From Alkalispirochaeta sp. (lineage in GTDB: Bacteria > Spirochaetota > Spirochaetia > DSM-27196 > Alkalispirochaetaceae): a DNA stretch of 64,000 nt. Under the pieces are notes generated by a model. That model saw only the letters and a program-made list of their open reading frames with translations, did no database searches and was not told the DNA's origin. Position numbers and translations under genes: made by a program. The stretch spans positions 1 through 64,000 of the forward strand of contig CBDESZ010000013.1 of assembly GCA_965242725.1 (NCBI GenBank), in the 5' to 3' direction. The stretch's first letter is position 1. Every line of letters starts with the position of its first letter. This document shows positions 1-9,625 of this stretch, one piece after another.

Positions 1-1382
1 ACCGTCTGTCAGAACCAGCGCCCGCCTGAGGTTCTTGTCCAGAATGTCTCCAAGGATGATACCGAGCACCATCGGAGCGACGGGGTAGTCCATCTCCTGC
101 ATGACGTATCCGAGCACGCCGAAGATCACCATGATGACGATATCAAAGGGACGGGACTCCACGGCGTAGGCGCCGATCACGCACAGGACAAATACGACCG
201 CGATGAGGCGGGTACGGGATACTTCCAGCACCTTGACGAGAGTTCGCACCATCGACAGCCCGAGAATGAACATCGCCGCGCGTGGCGAGGAGGAACATGG
301 CTACCACGGAATACACGAACTGGGGATTCTCGATCATGATGAGCGGTCCCGGGCGGACGCCGTGAATGACATCGCCGCCAGCAGAACCGCAGCCGGCGCC
401 GAGCCGGGTATTGCCAGGGACAGAACCGTATGATGGCGCCTCCTACGGCGGCGTTGTTACCCGCTTCAGCCGCCATGAGACCTTCTATGCTTCCCTTGCC
501 GAACTTCTCCGGTTCCTTGCTTGATCGGCGTGCAAAATCGTAGCTCACCCAGGAGCCGATATCTTCACCGACACCGGGTATGGCACCGACAAAGGTTCCG
601 ATCAACCCGGAACGGATAATCGTCTTCCAGTACCGGGCAAACTCTTTTATCCGGGAATCACGTGGGTGATTTCCGACTTGATAACATCCACCCTCGTGTG
701 TTTCATCATCATGATCACTTCCGCAAAGCCGAATGCCCCGACCATCGCCGGTATCAACCGTATCCCTCCGGAGAGATCCATTATTCCAAAGGTGAATCGT
801 ACGTGGGCGTGGATTCCCTCCATCCCGACCATCGCGATCAGCAGACCGAGAAAGCGGAAATCCACCCCTTAAGGGGGTCCTTGGGCGCCGTCAGGGTTCC
901 GCTGATGACAAACTCCGAAGATGGCGAGCCAGAAAAATTCGAATGATTGAAAACTCAGGGCAAACCTGCCGATCACCGGAGTGAAGAGCGCCAGCATGAT
1001 CATCCCGATTATCGACCCCAGGAACGAACCGGTCGTCGCCAGACCGATCGCCTGTCCCGCTTTGCCCTGTCTCGCCAGGGGGTGCCCGTCAACGGCGGTG
1101 GCGGCATTTGCCGGCGTCCCGGGTATGTTCAGGAGGATCGCGCTGCGGCTGCCGCCGTAAATCGATCCGATATACATGCAGATAAGGATGAGCACCGCGT
1201 TTCCCGGATCCATACGGAAGGTAAGTGTCGTCATGAGCGCGATGCCCATCGTCGCGGTCAGTCCGGGGAGCATACCGACGATAATCCCCAATTGGGTCGC
1301 CCAGAGGACATTAAAGAGGGTGCGGGGCGTCATAAAACTCAGCAATCCCCAGAAACAGCATTTGCAGTCCATCAAATGTCAT
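1..1382 (-). CDS. tctA: Tripartite tricarboxylate transporter large permease TctA (3' end runs off the window; several frameshifts)
   Basis: Fragments 869..1375 (GMLPGLTATMG, YGGSRSAILLNIPGTPANAAT), 647..865 and 177..605 (GAIPGVGEDIG..SY, EAGNNA) are consecutive TctA pieces. GGAG RBS precedes the ATG at 1382 (MTFDGLQMLFLG). Confidence 0.9.
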
Positions 1383-1393
1383 GACGTCAGCTC

Positions 1394-1916
1394 CTAAGGC
1401 AACCGTACAAGGAAGAGATACCGAAAGACCACCGAGACGGCCGCCGCCGTCACGAAGGCTTCGATGCCGCCGGTGATGACGTGACGCGTCTGCAGACGTA
1501 ACCGTTTCCCGGGGTTGGTACTCGAAGAGTACAATAAACGCGAGAACGAATAAAAAGGTCGCTGCGGGGTACCAGAGCCGGCCGATGAGCCCGAGAGCGT
1601 ATGACAGACAGACCAGGAGGGTGAGGGTCACCCGTCGAACCTGAGGTATTGCAAGGGTTTTCCGTATTTTTTCACGGGAAATGGTGAGGGCGTATCCCTT
1701 GTGAATCACCGATCGCGTCAGCAGCATAACGCTCAGAATGATAAATGCGACACCGAGCAGTCCCGGAACCAGCCCCGGAATGGTGTAGGGGTTGATTCCG
1801 CGATGTTCAAGTCGCGGCATCTGTATAGACCAGGTGACGACCAGTATTCCAAAAATCAGCAGCACAAGGGATGTCACAAAATCCGCTTTGTCCATTCCTT
1901 GTCGGGGTTCAGCCAT
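1394..1916 (-). CDS. tctB: TctB family small membrane subunit (frameshift near the 3' end)
   Basis: Several hydrophobic segments with a PGLVP motif; lies between tctC and tctA; the corrected C-terminus reads ..RYLFLVRLP* with TAG at 1394-1396. Confidence 0.8.
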
Positions 1917-1943
1917 AATTCCTCCCGGAGGACATCAGGATAT

Positions 1944-1971
1944 GGGTGCAGCCGCCGAGGCGACTGCACCC
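1944..1971 (-). other. Intergenic stem-loop between tctC and tctB
   Basis: GGGTGCAGCCGCC-GA-GGCGACTGCACCC inverted repeat with one mismatch. Confidence 0.6.
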
Positions 1972-1991
1972 TGTACACACTACACTCCCTG

Positions 1992-3020
1992 TTATGGTCG
2001 GGGTATTCCGACCTCTTCAGGACTCATGACGGTGTCTCCCGCCTGATGCTTCAGCCACGCGTCAATTTGCACCATCGGAAAGGACTTCCGGACCGCTTCT
2101 TCGCCGAAATCCGGGTCAAAGACGACGGCGTTTTCCCGCGCCCACGTCCGCAGCGTCTCAGAGGTCATGACATGTTCCTCCCAGATGGCATCAAGGGTAT
2201 CAACCACATCCTGGGGAACTCCCTTGGGTACAAATATGCCGAAGTAAATGGGTGCCGCCTCAAACTCGGGAATCCAGTCGGTGATTGGCGGTACGGGTTC
2301 ATCAACTCCTTCCAGCTCAAGGGGCTTGTCCGTGAGCACAACCAGCGGCCGGAGCCGTCCGGCGCGAATCATATCGACCTGTTCCACTGAAAGCTGGGGA
2401 ACCGCGTCCGCCTCGCCGCCGACCGTCGCCGTCACCGCAGGAGCACCGCCGTCATAGGTGACATGGCGATATTCAATGTCGGTGTAGCTGCTGAGGAGTT
2501 CCATGGCGGTATGTCCCGCGGAGTTGACTCCCGCCGTGGCGACGCGGATTTCGCCGGGATTCTCCTCAAACGCCTCCATGAGGTCGTCAAAGGTCTGGTA
2601 CGGCGAGTCGGTCCGGACCGAAATGACGTTGGGCATGGCCACGTTCAAATAGAGATGCCAGTCGTCCAGCGTCGTATCGAGGAGACCCATAACCTTGTAG
2701 ACTCCGAGGTCCTTCACCGCTCCGGCAGTCCATGTAAAGCCGTCACGGGGAGCATCCAGGGCCGCCTTTGTACCGAGTGAACCGGAAGCTCCGCCCTGGT
2801 TCACGACGACCACGCTCACTCCCAGCTGCTCTTCAACGATCGCCGCGGTCGTCCGGGCTGATCGATCGGTCGAACCTCCGGCACCCCACGGTACGATCAG
2901 GTTGATAGGACGATCCGGATCCCAGGAATAGGCCGATTCAGCCCCCTCCTGTACGCCGCTTGCAAAGAGCACGCCCCCTCCGATGAGCAGGACCAGCAAA
3001 ATACTCACCATTCTTCTCAT
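1992..3020 (-). CDS. tctC: TTT substrate-binding protein (Bug/TctC family)
   Basis: Signal peptide; PINLIVPWGAGGSTD, VVVNQGGASG and VTYDGG motifs. Confidence 0.92.
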   Translation of the reverse strand: MRRMVSILLVLLIGGGVLFASGVQEGAESAYSWDPDRPINLIVPWGAGGSTDRSARTTAAIVEEQLGVSVVVVNQGGASGSLGTKAALDAPRDGFTWTAGAVKDLGVYKVMGLLDTTLDDWHLYLNVAMPNVISVRTDSPYQTFDDLMEAFEENPGEIRVATAGVNSAGHTAMELLSSYTDIEYRHVTYDGGAPAVTATVGGEADAVPQLSVEQVDMIRAGRLRPLVVLTDKPLELEGVDEPVPPITDWIPEFEAAPIYFGIFVPKGVPQDVVDTLDAIWEEHVMTSETLRTWARENAVVFDPDFGEEAVRKSFPMVQIDAWLKHQAGDTVMSPEEVGIPRP

Positions 3021-3066
3021 GTGATACCTCCTATTGTATCGCCTCTTATCTGGAATCGGGACGCAC

Positions 3067-4503
3067 TCACGCGACGCGCGGTGGCAGCTCCCGCTTCATC
3101 TCCTCCAGTCTGTAACCGAAACCGGCGCCGCGGAGCGTGGAAATATCCACCATTCCGCCGCTTCTGCGATACGCACCGGGATGAACGGCCTCCTCCGGCC
3201 GGGATGCCTCCGGATAAAATTGCATGGAATTTGACTCAACTCCCCACTCCGTCGGCACCCGGGAGGCAAAGGAAAGGTGCGTGAGCTGCGCAAGCATGGG
3301 GTTGGTCAAATCCTGAACCATCACCGGCATCCTGCCCTCCCGTGCCAGACAGAGTGACAGAAGGGACCCCGTCAGCGTCTTGCACGTCTTCAGGGCGACT
3401 CCGCTCCACCCGGCACGTCTGCCGCGGACAACGTCGATCCAGTGGGACGCCGACTCATCCATGAAGAGCGGTTTGCGCCGGGAAAGGGAGGTGACCTCCG
3501 AGGTGTCATCAACATGGGCGGGCTGCAACGGTTCTTCAACATAGAGCAGCCGCTTCCACATTTCCGGCATGTCCCGTTCCATGGCGTCAAAAAGTATGTG
3601 GACATACCCTGCCTCCGGGGCAGTCCGGTTGAGATCGAGGGATAGCCTGATATCGTTTCCGTCTCCGGCGGCCGCCGCAACTCCGGCAATTCGATCAATA
3701 TCTGCCGCCGGATCCCGCCCCCGCAGCTTCACCTTCAGGAAGCGAATTCCGTCACGGCGAATCCACTCATTCAATGTACGGGGCAGGTGACCCCGGTCCG
3801 TCCGGTCTATTCCCAAATGGACCGGCTCGGGAAGTTCTACGCCGCCGAAGCTTTCGGCGAAACCATCGACATCCTCCCTGAGAAGGTCATGGGATCCGAC
3901 CATATGCCAAACAGGCATACGGACGAGAGGTTTCCTGAGAAAGGACAAGGGGTAGCGCCGGTGCGTCGCATCCGAAACATCGCCGTCATCCCCGAAGTAT
4001 CGGCCCAGATCATAGTTCATCCACCCTTCGGTGAGGGTTTCAAAAACGTCGATACGGTGAATACGGCCGTACGCGTCGTACAGGGCAAGATCAAAGGGCG
4101 CGTAACAGAGCATGGCGGCGAGAGCCGGCAATCGGGACGCTGCACCCGCGTCGGACGGCATCACCTCGTCCATGTAGCGCGTTGAAATCTCCATGGGGTG
4201 AGCGGAGACGGGGAAATGGCGCAGGCGGTCGGCGTTGGCGATAACCGTCTCCTTAATGATACGCTCCCGTTCGTTCAGCGGGAGGGCCGTCCCGTCGGTG
4301 CCCGGCCACGCCCACTGGACGTTCAGAGGCGTTTCGCCCCAGCCGGTTGCGCTGTTACCTGCGGAATCGGCCACCGTCACTGCGGCGCGGGCGCACGTCA
4401 CCGTCGCAACCGTCTCTCCGCCGAAACCGAGGGGGACTTCACACCGTACCGGCAGGAAATAGAGAGCGACGTCGATTATTTTTACATCGGTGGCTTGCCT
4501 CAT
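3067..4503 (-). CDS. Enolase superfamily protein (mandelate racemase/muconate-lactonizing-enzyme-like), probably acting on an acid sugar
   Basis: KVK motif (FLKVKL) and metal ligands in SLDLN, YVEEP and MDES. Start placed at ATG 4503 because the predicted promoter lies at 4526-4554. Confidence 0.75.
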   Translation of the reverse strand: MRQATDVKIIDVALYFLPVRCEVPLGFGGETVATVTCARAAVTVADSAGNSATGWGETPLNVQWAWPGTDGTALPLNERERIIKETVIANADRLRHFPVSAHPMEISTRYMDEVMPSDAGAASRLPALAAMLCYAPFDLALYDAYGRIHRIDVFETLTEGWMNYDLGRYFGDDGDVSDATHRRYPLSFLRKPLVRMPVWHMVGSHDLLREDVDGFAESFGGVELPEPVHLGIDRTDRGHLPRTLNEWIRRDGIRFLKVKLRGRDPAADIDRIAGVAAAAGDGNDIRLSLDLNRTAPEAGYVHILFDAMERDMPEMWKRLLYVEEPLQPAHVDDTSEVTSLSRRKPLFMDESASHWIDVVRGRRAGWSGVALKTCKTLTGSLLSLCLAREGRMPVMVQDLTNPMLAQLTHLSFASRVPTEWGVESNSMQFYPEASRPEEAVHPGAYRRSGGMVDISTLRGAGFGYRLEEMKRELPPRVA

Positions 4504-4525
4504 ATCAGCGACTCTGACCGAATCC

Positions 4526-4554
4526 AGTGTAGACCCGCCCATGGACTTTGTCAA
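4526..4554 (-). promoter_or_regulatory. Sigma70-type promoter of the enolase/tctCBA operon
   Basis: TTGACA (4554-4549), 17 nt spacer, TACACT (4531-4526). Confidence 0.7.
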
Positions 4555-4569
4555 TTTAAAAGACAAAGG
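4545..4569. promoter_or_regulatory. ROK-type operator 1
   Basis: ACTTTGTC-N9-GACAAAGG inverted repeat covering the -35 of the leftward promoter. Confidence 0.7.
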
Positions 4570-4637
4570 TCCGTCCAATCAATGTATAAATGGAAATATT
4601 TGCGTAATCATTCGATCTTCGTTGAAAAAACGGAATT

Positions 4638-4662
4638 ACTTTGTTAAAGAGTTGAACGAAGT
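4638..4662. promoter_or_regulatory. ROK-type operator 2
   Basis: ACTTTGTT-N9-AACGAAGT, same geometry as operator 1; overlaps the -35 (TTGAAC 4652-4657) of a TTGAAC-17-TACACT promoter. Confidence 0.65.
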
Positions 4663-4688
4663 TGCGATCGGATTTACACTACCACGTT

Positions 4689-5936
4689 GTGAAACGCGCC
4701 ACTCTCAACGATCAGGCAACACCATCCCGGGATGCGACGCGCTCGCGGGTATTTCAGGTGCTGTCGGAACAACAGACGATTTCACGCCCGGAGATTGCCC
4801 GCATGACGGGGCTCAGCAGAGCCACCATCGCAGTGGTGGTTGATGAGCTTCTGGAAATGGGAGTGGTTACTGAAACGGGGTCGGGCGACTCAAAGGGAGG
4901 ACGCCCCCCCATCATTCTTCAATTCTGTCCGACCGCGGCGCTCGCGATCGGGGCAAGTCTCTACGATTTCAACTGGCATATCGTTGCAACCGACCTCTCT
5001 TCCCATGTTGTCGACCGGGAGGTAGTCAGGATTACCGACAGCTCCGCGGAGTCCGCAATGACCACCCTGGCCGAGGGTGTCCGTATACTCCGCGGCCGCC
5101 TCGAGCACCACCGTATTCTCCCGGCAATCGGAATCGGACCACCCGGTCTCGTAGATATGGAACACGGAATCATCAAAAGCGCCGTTGATCTGGGATGGAA
5201 GGAGGTCGACGTTGCGTCGTCGATATCGGAGCAGACCGGTTTTTCAGCAATCGTGGCCAACCGCAGCAAAGCCGGCGCACTGGCGGTGTTGTGGAGGGTG
5301 GCAAAACCGCGGACGGACCACCTGATCTACATATCCCTCGGAACCGGTGTTGCGGCGGGTATTATTCTCAACGGCCGGCTCTTCACCGGGGCAAACTCCT
5401 CGGCAGGAGAACTGGGACATATGACGGTTGTCCCCGAGGGACCGCTGTGTGAATGCGGTAATCGGGGATGCCTGCAGCAGTACGTTTCGGAACAGGCAAT
5501 AGCCAACGCCGCCCGCCACCTCCTGCGGGATGCAACGGGGAGCGTTCTCCACGAGAAATGCGGTGACCATCCGGAACTGCTGGATGCCTTTGACGTCCTT
5601 GATGCGGCGGAACGGGGCGACACCCTTGCCGTTTCAGTGGTGGACGACGCGGCGCGGTATCTCGCCATCGCCACAGGGAACCTGGTGAACCTCTTCAACC
5701 CCCAGACCATCGTTCTCGGAGGCCCCGTTGCGGATGCGAGCCCCCTCCTGACGGAACTGGTCCGCAGGTACACAAAACTCCACGCGATGGCGTACCCCTA
5801 TTCCGCGGTCAGAATCGTCTCAAACACCCTCGGTCCCGACACCGGGGCTATCGGCGCCGCCGTACTGGTTCTCCAGCACGCCGACCGCCTCTTTTTTCAG
5901 CTCTCCAATTCAGAGTCTATAGAGGAACCGGTATAG
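4689..5936 (+). CDS. ROK family transcriptional repressor (XylR/NagC-like)
   Basis: N-terminal HTH (SRPEIARMTGLSRAT, GGRPP), GELGHM and the Zn motif CECGNRGCL. GTG start at 4689. Confidence 0.92.
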   Translation: MKRATLNDQATPSRDATRSRVFQVLSEQQTISRPEIARMTGLSRATIAVVVDELLEMGVVTETGSGDSKGGRPPIILQFCPTAALAIGASLYDFNWHIVATDLSSHVVDREVVRITDSSAESAMTTLAEGVRILRGRLEHHRILPAIGIGPPGLVDMEHGIIKSAVDLGWKEVDVASSISEQTGFSAIVANRSKAGALAVLWRVAKPRTDHLIYISLGTGVAAGIILNGRLFTGANSSAGELGHMTVVPEGPLCECGNRGCLQQYVSEQAIANAARHLLRDATGSVLHEKCGDHPELLDAFDVLDAAERGDTLAVSVVDDAARYLAIATGNLVNLFNPQTIVLGGPVADASPLLTELVRRYTKLHAMAYPYSAVRIVSNTLGPDTGAIGAAVLVLQHADRLFFQLSNSESIEEPV

Positions 5937-5969
5937 GAGACGCCGACGTCGGAGCGCCACCGGCGTTGG

Positions 5970-6272
5970 TCAGATCTCGTAATCCACGACGGCGCGGTCA
6001 GTCGTCACGGCACCGACAAACTTTTTGACCTCTTCATGGGCGGGATGCACCTGATATGCATCCAGCGACGCCTGGTCGTCAAAGACGGAATAGAGCGCCA
6101 CATCGTACGCCGCGGCGGAACCGTTAAAATCGATTCCCACCTCAAGCTCACGTATCTGCGGAACGACTCCTTTCATTCCTTCAATGCGACTCTTTATCTC
6201 CTGCAAGACTTTCGTCTTGTCCAAACTTCCGTGGCTATCAACCACCTTCCACAATACGATGTGTTTGACCAT
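5970..6272 (-). CDS. Dabb family stress-responsive A/B barrel protein
   Basis: MVKHIVLWK N-terminus, LDAYQVHPAH, C-terminal VVDYE. Confidence 0.88.
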   Translation of the reverse strand: MVKHIVLWKVVDSHGSLDKTKVLQEIKSRIEGMKGVVPQIRELEVGIDFNGSAAAYDVALYSVFDDQASLDAYQVHPAHEEVKKFVGAVTTDRAVVDYEI

Positions 6273-6304
6273 AACCTATCATACCAGATGCGGAGGGAAA
6301 TGCA

Positions 6305-8219
6305 TCATGTACCTTCGATATATTCCAGGGACTGATGACGAAAATAGGTATTATACAGCTCCGCATAGCGGCCGCCCTGCCCGGTGCCGCCGCCCGCCGT
6401 CCCTGCGGCAAGCAACTCGTCGTGACTGCCGTCTTCAATGATGGAACCCTGATCGAGAACGATAATCCGGTCCGCCGACTTCACCGTGGACAGTCTGTGT
6501 GCGATCACAACGGCGGTCCGTTTTTTCATGACCGAGTCCAGCCCCTCCTGAATCTGCGCCTCCGTGAAAGGATCGACGCTTGCCGTCGCTTCATCGAGGA
6601 TGAAAATCGCGGGGTCCTTCAGGAGCACCCGGGCAAGCGCGACGAGCTGCCGTTGACCCAGGGAAATGGCCCCACCCCCGCTCACCGACATCAGTGTCCA
6701 GCCCATCGGGGAGGTCGTCCAGCCAGTCACCCCGCCCCACATGGGACGCCGCCCAGCGCACATCATCATCGGTCGCTTCCGGCAGGGCGTAGCGGATATT
6801 GTCTCCCACCGTTCCGGAAAAGAGAAAGGGCGTCTGGGGAACGAGGCCGATCTGTCGTCGATACGCACCGAGATCGAGGGAGCGAATGTCGATACCGTCA
6901 ACGGATATGGCTCCTCCCTGAAACTCGTAAAACCGGGTGATCAGTCGGGCGATCGTTGACTTGCCGGCTCCGGTGTGTCCCACGACGGCGATCGTCTGAC
7001 CTGCGGGAATGGTCAGTGAAAAATGGTCAAGGACGGTTTCCTTTTCGGAATAGGAAAAGGTCACGTCCGCGAATTCAATGGCCCCGGCGATATGCGACCG
7101 CGACGCCTGGGAGGGAATCTCCACGTTGTCGACCTGGCGAACCGTCGGTTCCGCATCGATAAGGGCAAAGACGCGCTCCGCGGCACTCAGTCCGTCCTGA
7201 AACTGTGAATAGAAACTGGCGATACCGAGCATGGGCCACCAGAAGAATCCGACCGCCTGAAGAAAGAGAAACCACTCTCCCGGCGACATGGCGTCGGATC
7301 CGACGAGAAACGCGATCACTCCGCCGGGCACTCCCGGCGCATGTCCGCCCGCCGACACGGCGGCGGTTGAGACGGATAGGCCGCCAAGATAGGCGAGCAC
7401 TCCCGTTCCTACTCCTGCGGCGATTCCCACGATGGGAAATATAAGGTTGAGCACCAGCCCGCGGGTCAGGCCGACCTTGTAGGCCAGGGTGTTGTTCACC
7501 TCAAAATCGTCATACAGACGCTGTTCCTGCCGGTACGCTTTCGCCACGGCGATACCGCCGATCGACTCCTGCATGTGGGCGTTGATCGTCGCCGTTGCAC
7601 GCTTGGCATCCAGGGTTACCCTGCGTGCCAGTTTTCGGAAGCTCAACGCAATGACCGCCGCCACCGGCGCCATAATCAACAGCAGCACCGTCAACCGTGC
7701 GTTCACGGTAAGGAGATAGACGGTGAGTACGACGACCATCAACACCTGACTCAGGAAGTCGATTACCAGTGCGACGGTGTTTGAAAAATCCTGAGTATCC
7801 GAGGTAATCCGGCTCACGATACGCCCGACGGGGTGTTCATCGAAAAACGACATGTCGTGATAGACGGCGTGCCTGAAGACATCCCGCCGAAGCTGCAGAA
7901 CCACATCACCGATGACGCGGTTGGCAACCTCCTGTCTGATGAAGTTGAATATCCACGCCGCCACACCGACGACAAGCACGAGAAGACTCATGAGGGCAAT
8001 GAAGGAGTAGGTATCCCGCTCGGCCACCGTATCAACGGCGAGAGATACCACCACCGGCGCGACGGCATCAAAGATCGAGTTCAGCGCAAGCACGACGGCG
8101 ACGATAACCATCGCACCACGATGGGGAGAAAAATACTCCGCGATCCGTCTGATGAGGTCCCGGTCCGTGTAATTGCGGTCGTACGACTCGGACTCAAGTC
8201 CGTCCAGAACAAAGGGCAT
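6305..8219 (-). CDS. ABC exporter, fused permease/ATPase (one frameshift at ~6678)
   Basis: TMD then Walker A GHTGAGKS. The signature ISLGQRQ, ILDEATASVD and IAHRLST continue in the shifted frame; one extra G in a G run explains the break. Confidence 0.9.
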
Positions 8220-8302
8220 TGCGAGAAGATACTACTCTTTCCCGATTGGAAAAAGTATTGCCCGGAGCCGTCGGGAGGTGTACTCTGCCCCCGGAGGTAC
8301 CT

Positions 8303-8617
8303 ATGAAACTGGGACGAAACGATCCGTGCCATTGCGGCAGCGGAAAGAAATACAAGTACTGCCATTACGAAGAAGATCGCGCCAAAGAGGCGAAGGCGCT
8401 GCAGGAAGAGTCGGCGGCGCGGGCAGCCGCGGCGGCGGAAGAGGGCGATGAAGGGGACGACAAGAACGCGGCCCGCGCAAAAAGCACAGCCGCCAAGGCA
8501 CACAAGCAGGAGGGCTCCCGCTTTCTCCGGGATTCATCCCGTGCAGGCCACGCGCAGAAGTCGAGTGTCGCCGGTACATCACCGCGCTCGTCCCGGGGCG
8601 CCCAGCGGGGCGGTTGA
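8303..8617 (+). CDS. SEC-C zinc-binding motif protein with a low-complexity tail
   Basis: GGAGG RBS; starts MKLGRNDPCHCGSGKKYKYCH. Confidence 0.85.
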   Translation: MKLGRNDPCHCGSGKKYKYCHYEEDRAKEAKALQEESAARAAAAAEEGDEGDDKNAARAKSTAAKAHKQEGSRFLRDSSRAGHAQKSSVAGTSPRSSRGAQRGG

Positions 8618-8625
8618 ATCGGGCG

Positions 8626-9111
8626 ATGGCGATCCGCATCATCATCACCGGCGGAACGTTCGACAAGGAATATGACGAAATACACGGTACGTTGACATTC
8701 AGGAACACCCATTTGCCGGAAATCCTGCGGCAGGTGCGGGTGACGGTGCCGGTGGAACTGGAGATCAATCAGCTCGTGGACAGTCTGGACATGGATCTCT
8801 CCCATCGTCTGTCCATCCTGCAGTCGTGTCGCAACGCCCCGGAAGAGGAAATCATCATCATTCACGGCACGGATACGATGGTGGAAACGGCACGCATACT
8901 CGGTGAGGCGAATCTGGACAAGCGGCTGATCCTTACCGGCGCAATGGTGCCCTTTTCCGTGGCCAACTCCGACGCCGTTTTCAACCTTGGCTGTGCCTTC
9001 ACGGCGGTACAGCTCGTCGGGACCGGGGTCCATATCGTGATGAACGGTCGCGTCTTTTCCTGGGACCGAGTCAGGAAAGAGAGAAGCACCGGGATATTTG
9101 AGGAGACGTGA
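8626..9111 (+). CDS. Short, single-domain L-asparaginase-family protein
   Basis: Both catalytic Thr motifs present (TGGT, HGTDTM) plus LTGAMVP; no C-terminal domain. Confidence 0.85.
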   Translation: MAIRIIITGGTFDKEYDEIHGTLTFRNTHLPEILRQVRVTVPVELEINQLVDSLDMDLSHRLSILQSCRNAPEEEIIIIHGTDTMVETARILGEANLDKRLILTGAMVPFSVANSDAVFNLGCAFTAVQLVGTGVHIVMNGRVFSWDRVRKERSTGIFEET

Positions 9112-9112
9112 G

Positions 9113-9607
9113 ATGAACTATTCCGCCGCGATCATGTGGAGCGAGTATCTCCGTACCCGCCCGGATCTGCTCACCGGAGCCGACGCGCTCACGGTGAGCG
9201 CATGGGCTTTCGGCTCGGGCGCGGAAATGGAGACGGAGCTGGCGGAACTCGTCGTGGCGGGAACAAAGCGGGCCACCGCAAGCAGTCTCCTTGGCCTCCT
9301 TGTGGAGGATGAGCCGGTTCCCCGGGTCGGCTCATATTCCGTCATTCTTGACGGAACCGCCCGCGCCCGATGCATCATCCGGACGACGGCGGTATCGATT
9401 GTGCCCTTCAATGAGGTGACTCCCGGGTTTGCCGCCCTGGAGGGTGAGGGAGACGGGAGTCTTGCCTACTGGAGAGACGGACACCGCCGCTTTTTCCGGC
9501 AGGAACACACCGCCCTTGGAATTCCGTTTGATGAGTCGATACCAGTCGTCTGCGAGGAGTTCTCTCTCATCCGGCCGAAACCGTATTCATCGCAATCAAA
9601 CCATTAA
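9113..9607 (+). CDS. ASCH domain protein
   Basis: GTKRATAS (GxKxA), A.LEGEGD.SL.YWR..H..FF and VVCEEF. Confidence 0.9.
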   Translation: MNYSAAIMWSEYLRTRPDLLTGADALTVSAWAFGSGAEMETELAELVVAGTKRATASSLLGLLVEDEPVPRVGSYSVILDGTARARCIIRTTAVSIVPFNEVTPGFAALEGEGDGSLAYWRDGHRRFFRQEHTALGIPFDESIPVVCEEFSLIRPKPYSSQSNH

Positions 9608-9625
9608 CAAGCTTCTCAATACCCG

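Noticed and set aside
6660..6690. Programmed frameshift in the ABC exporter
   Set aside because: No canonical slippery heptamer; one extra G matches the error pattern seen elsewhere in the window.
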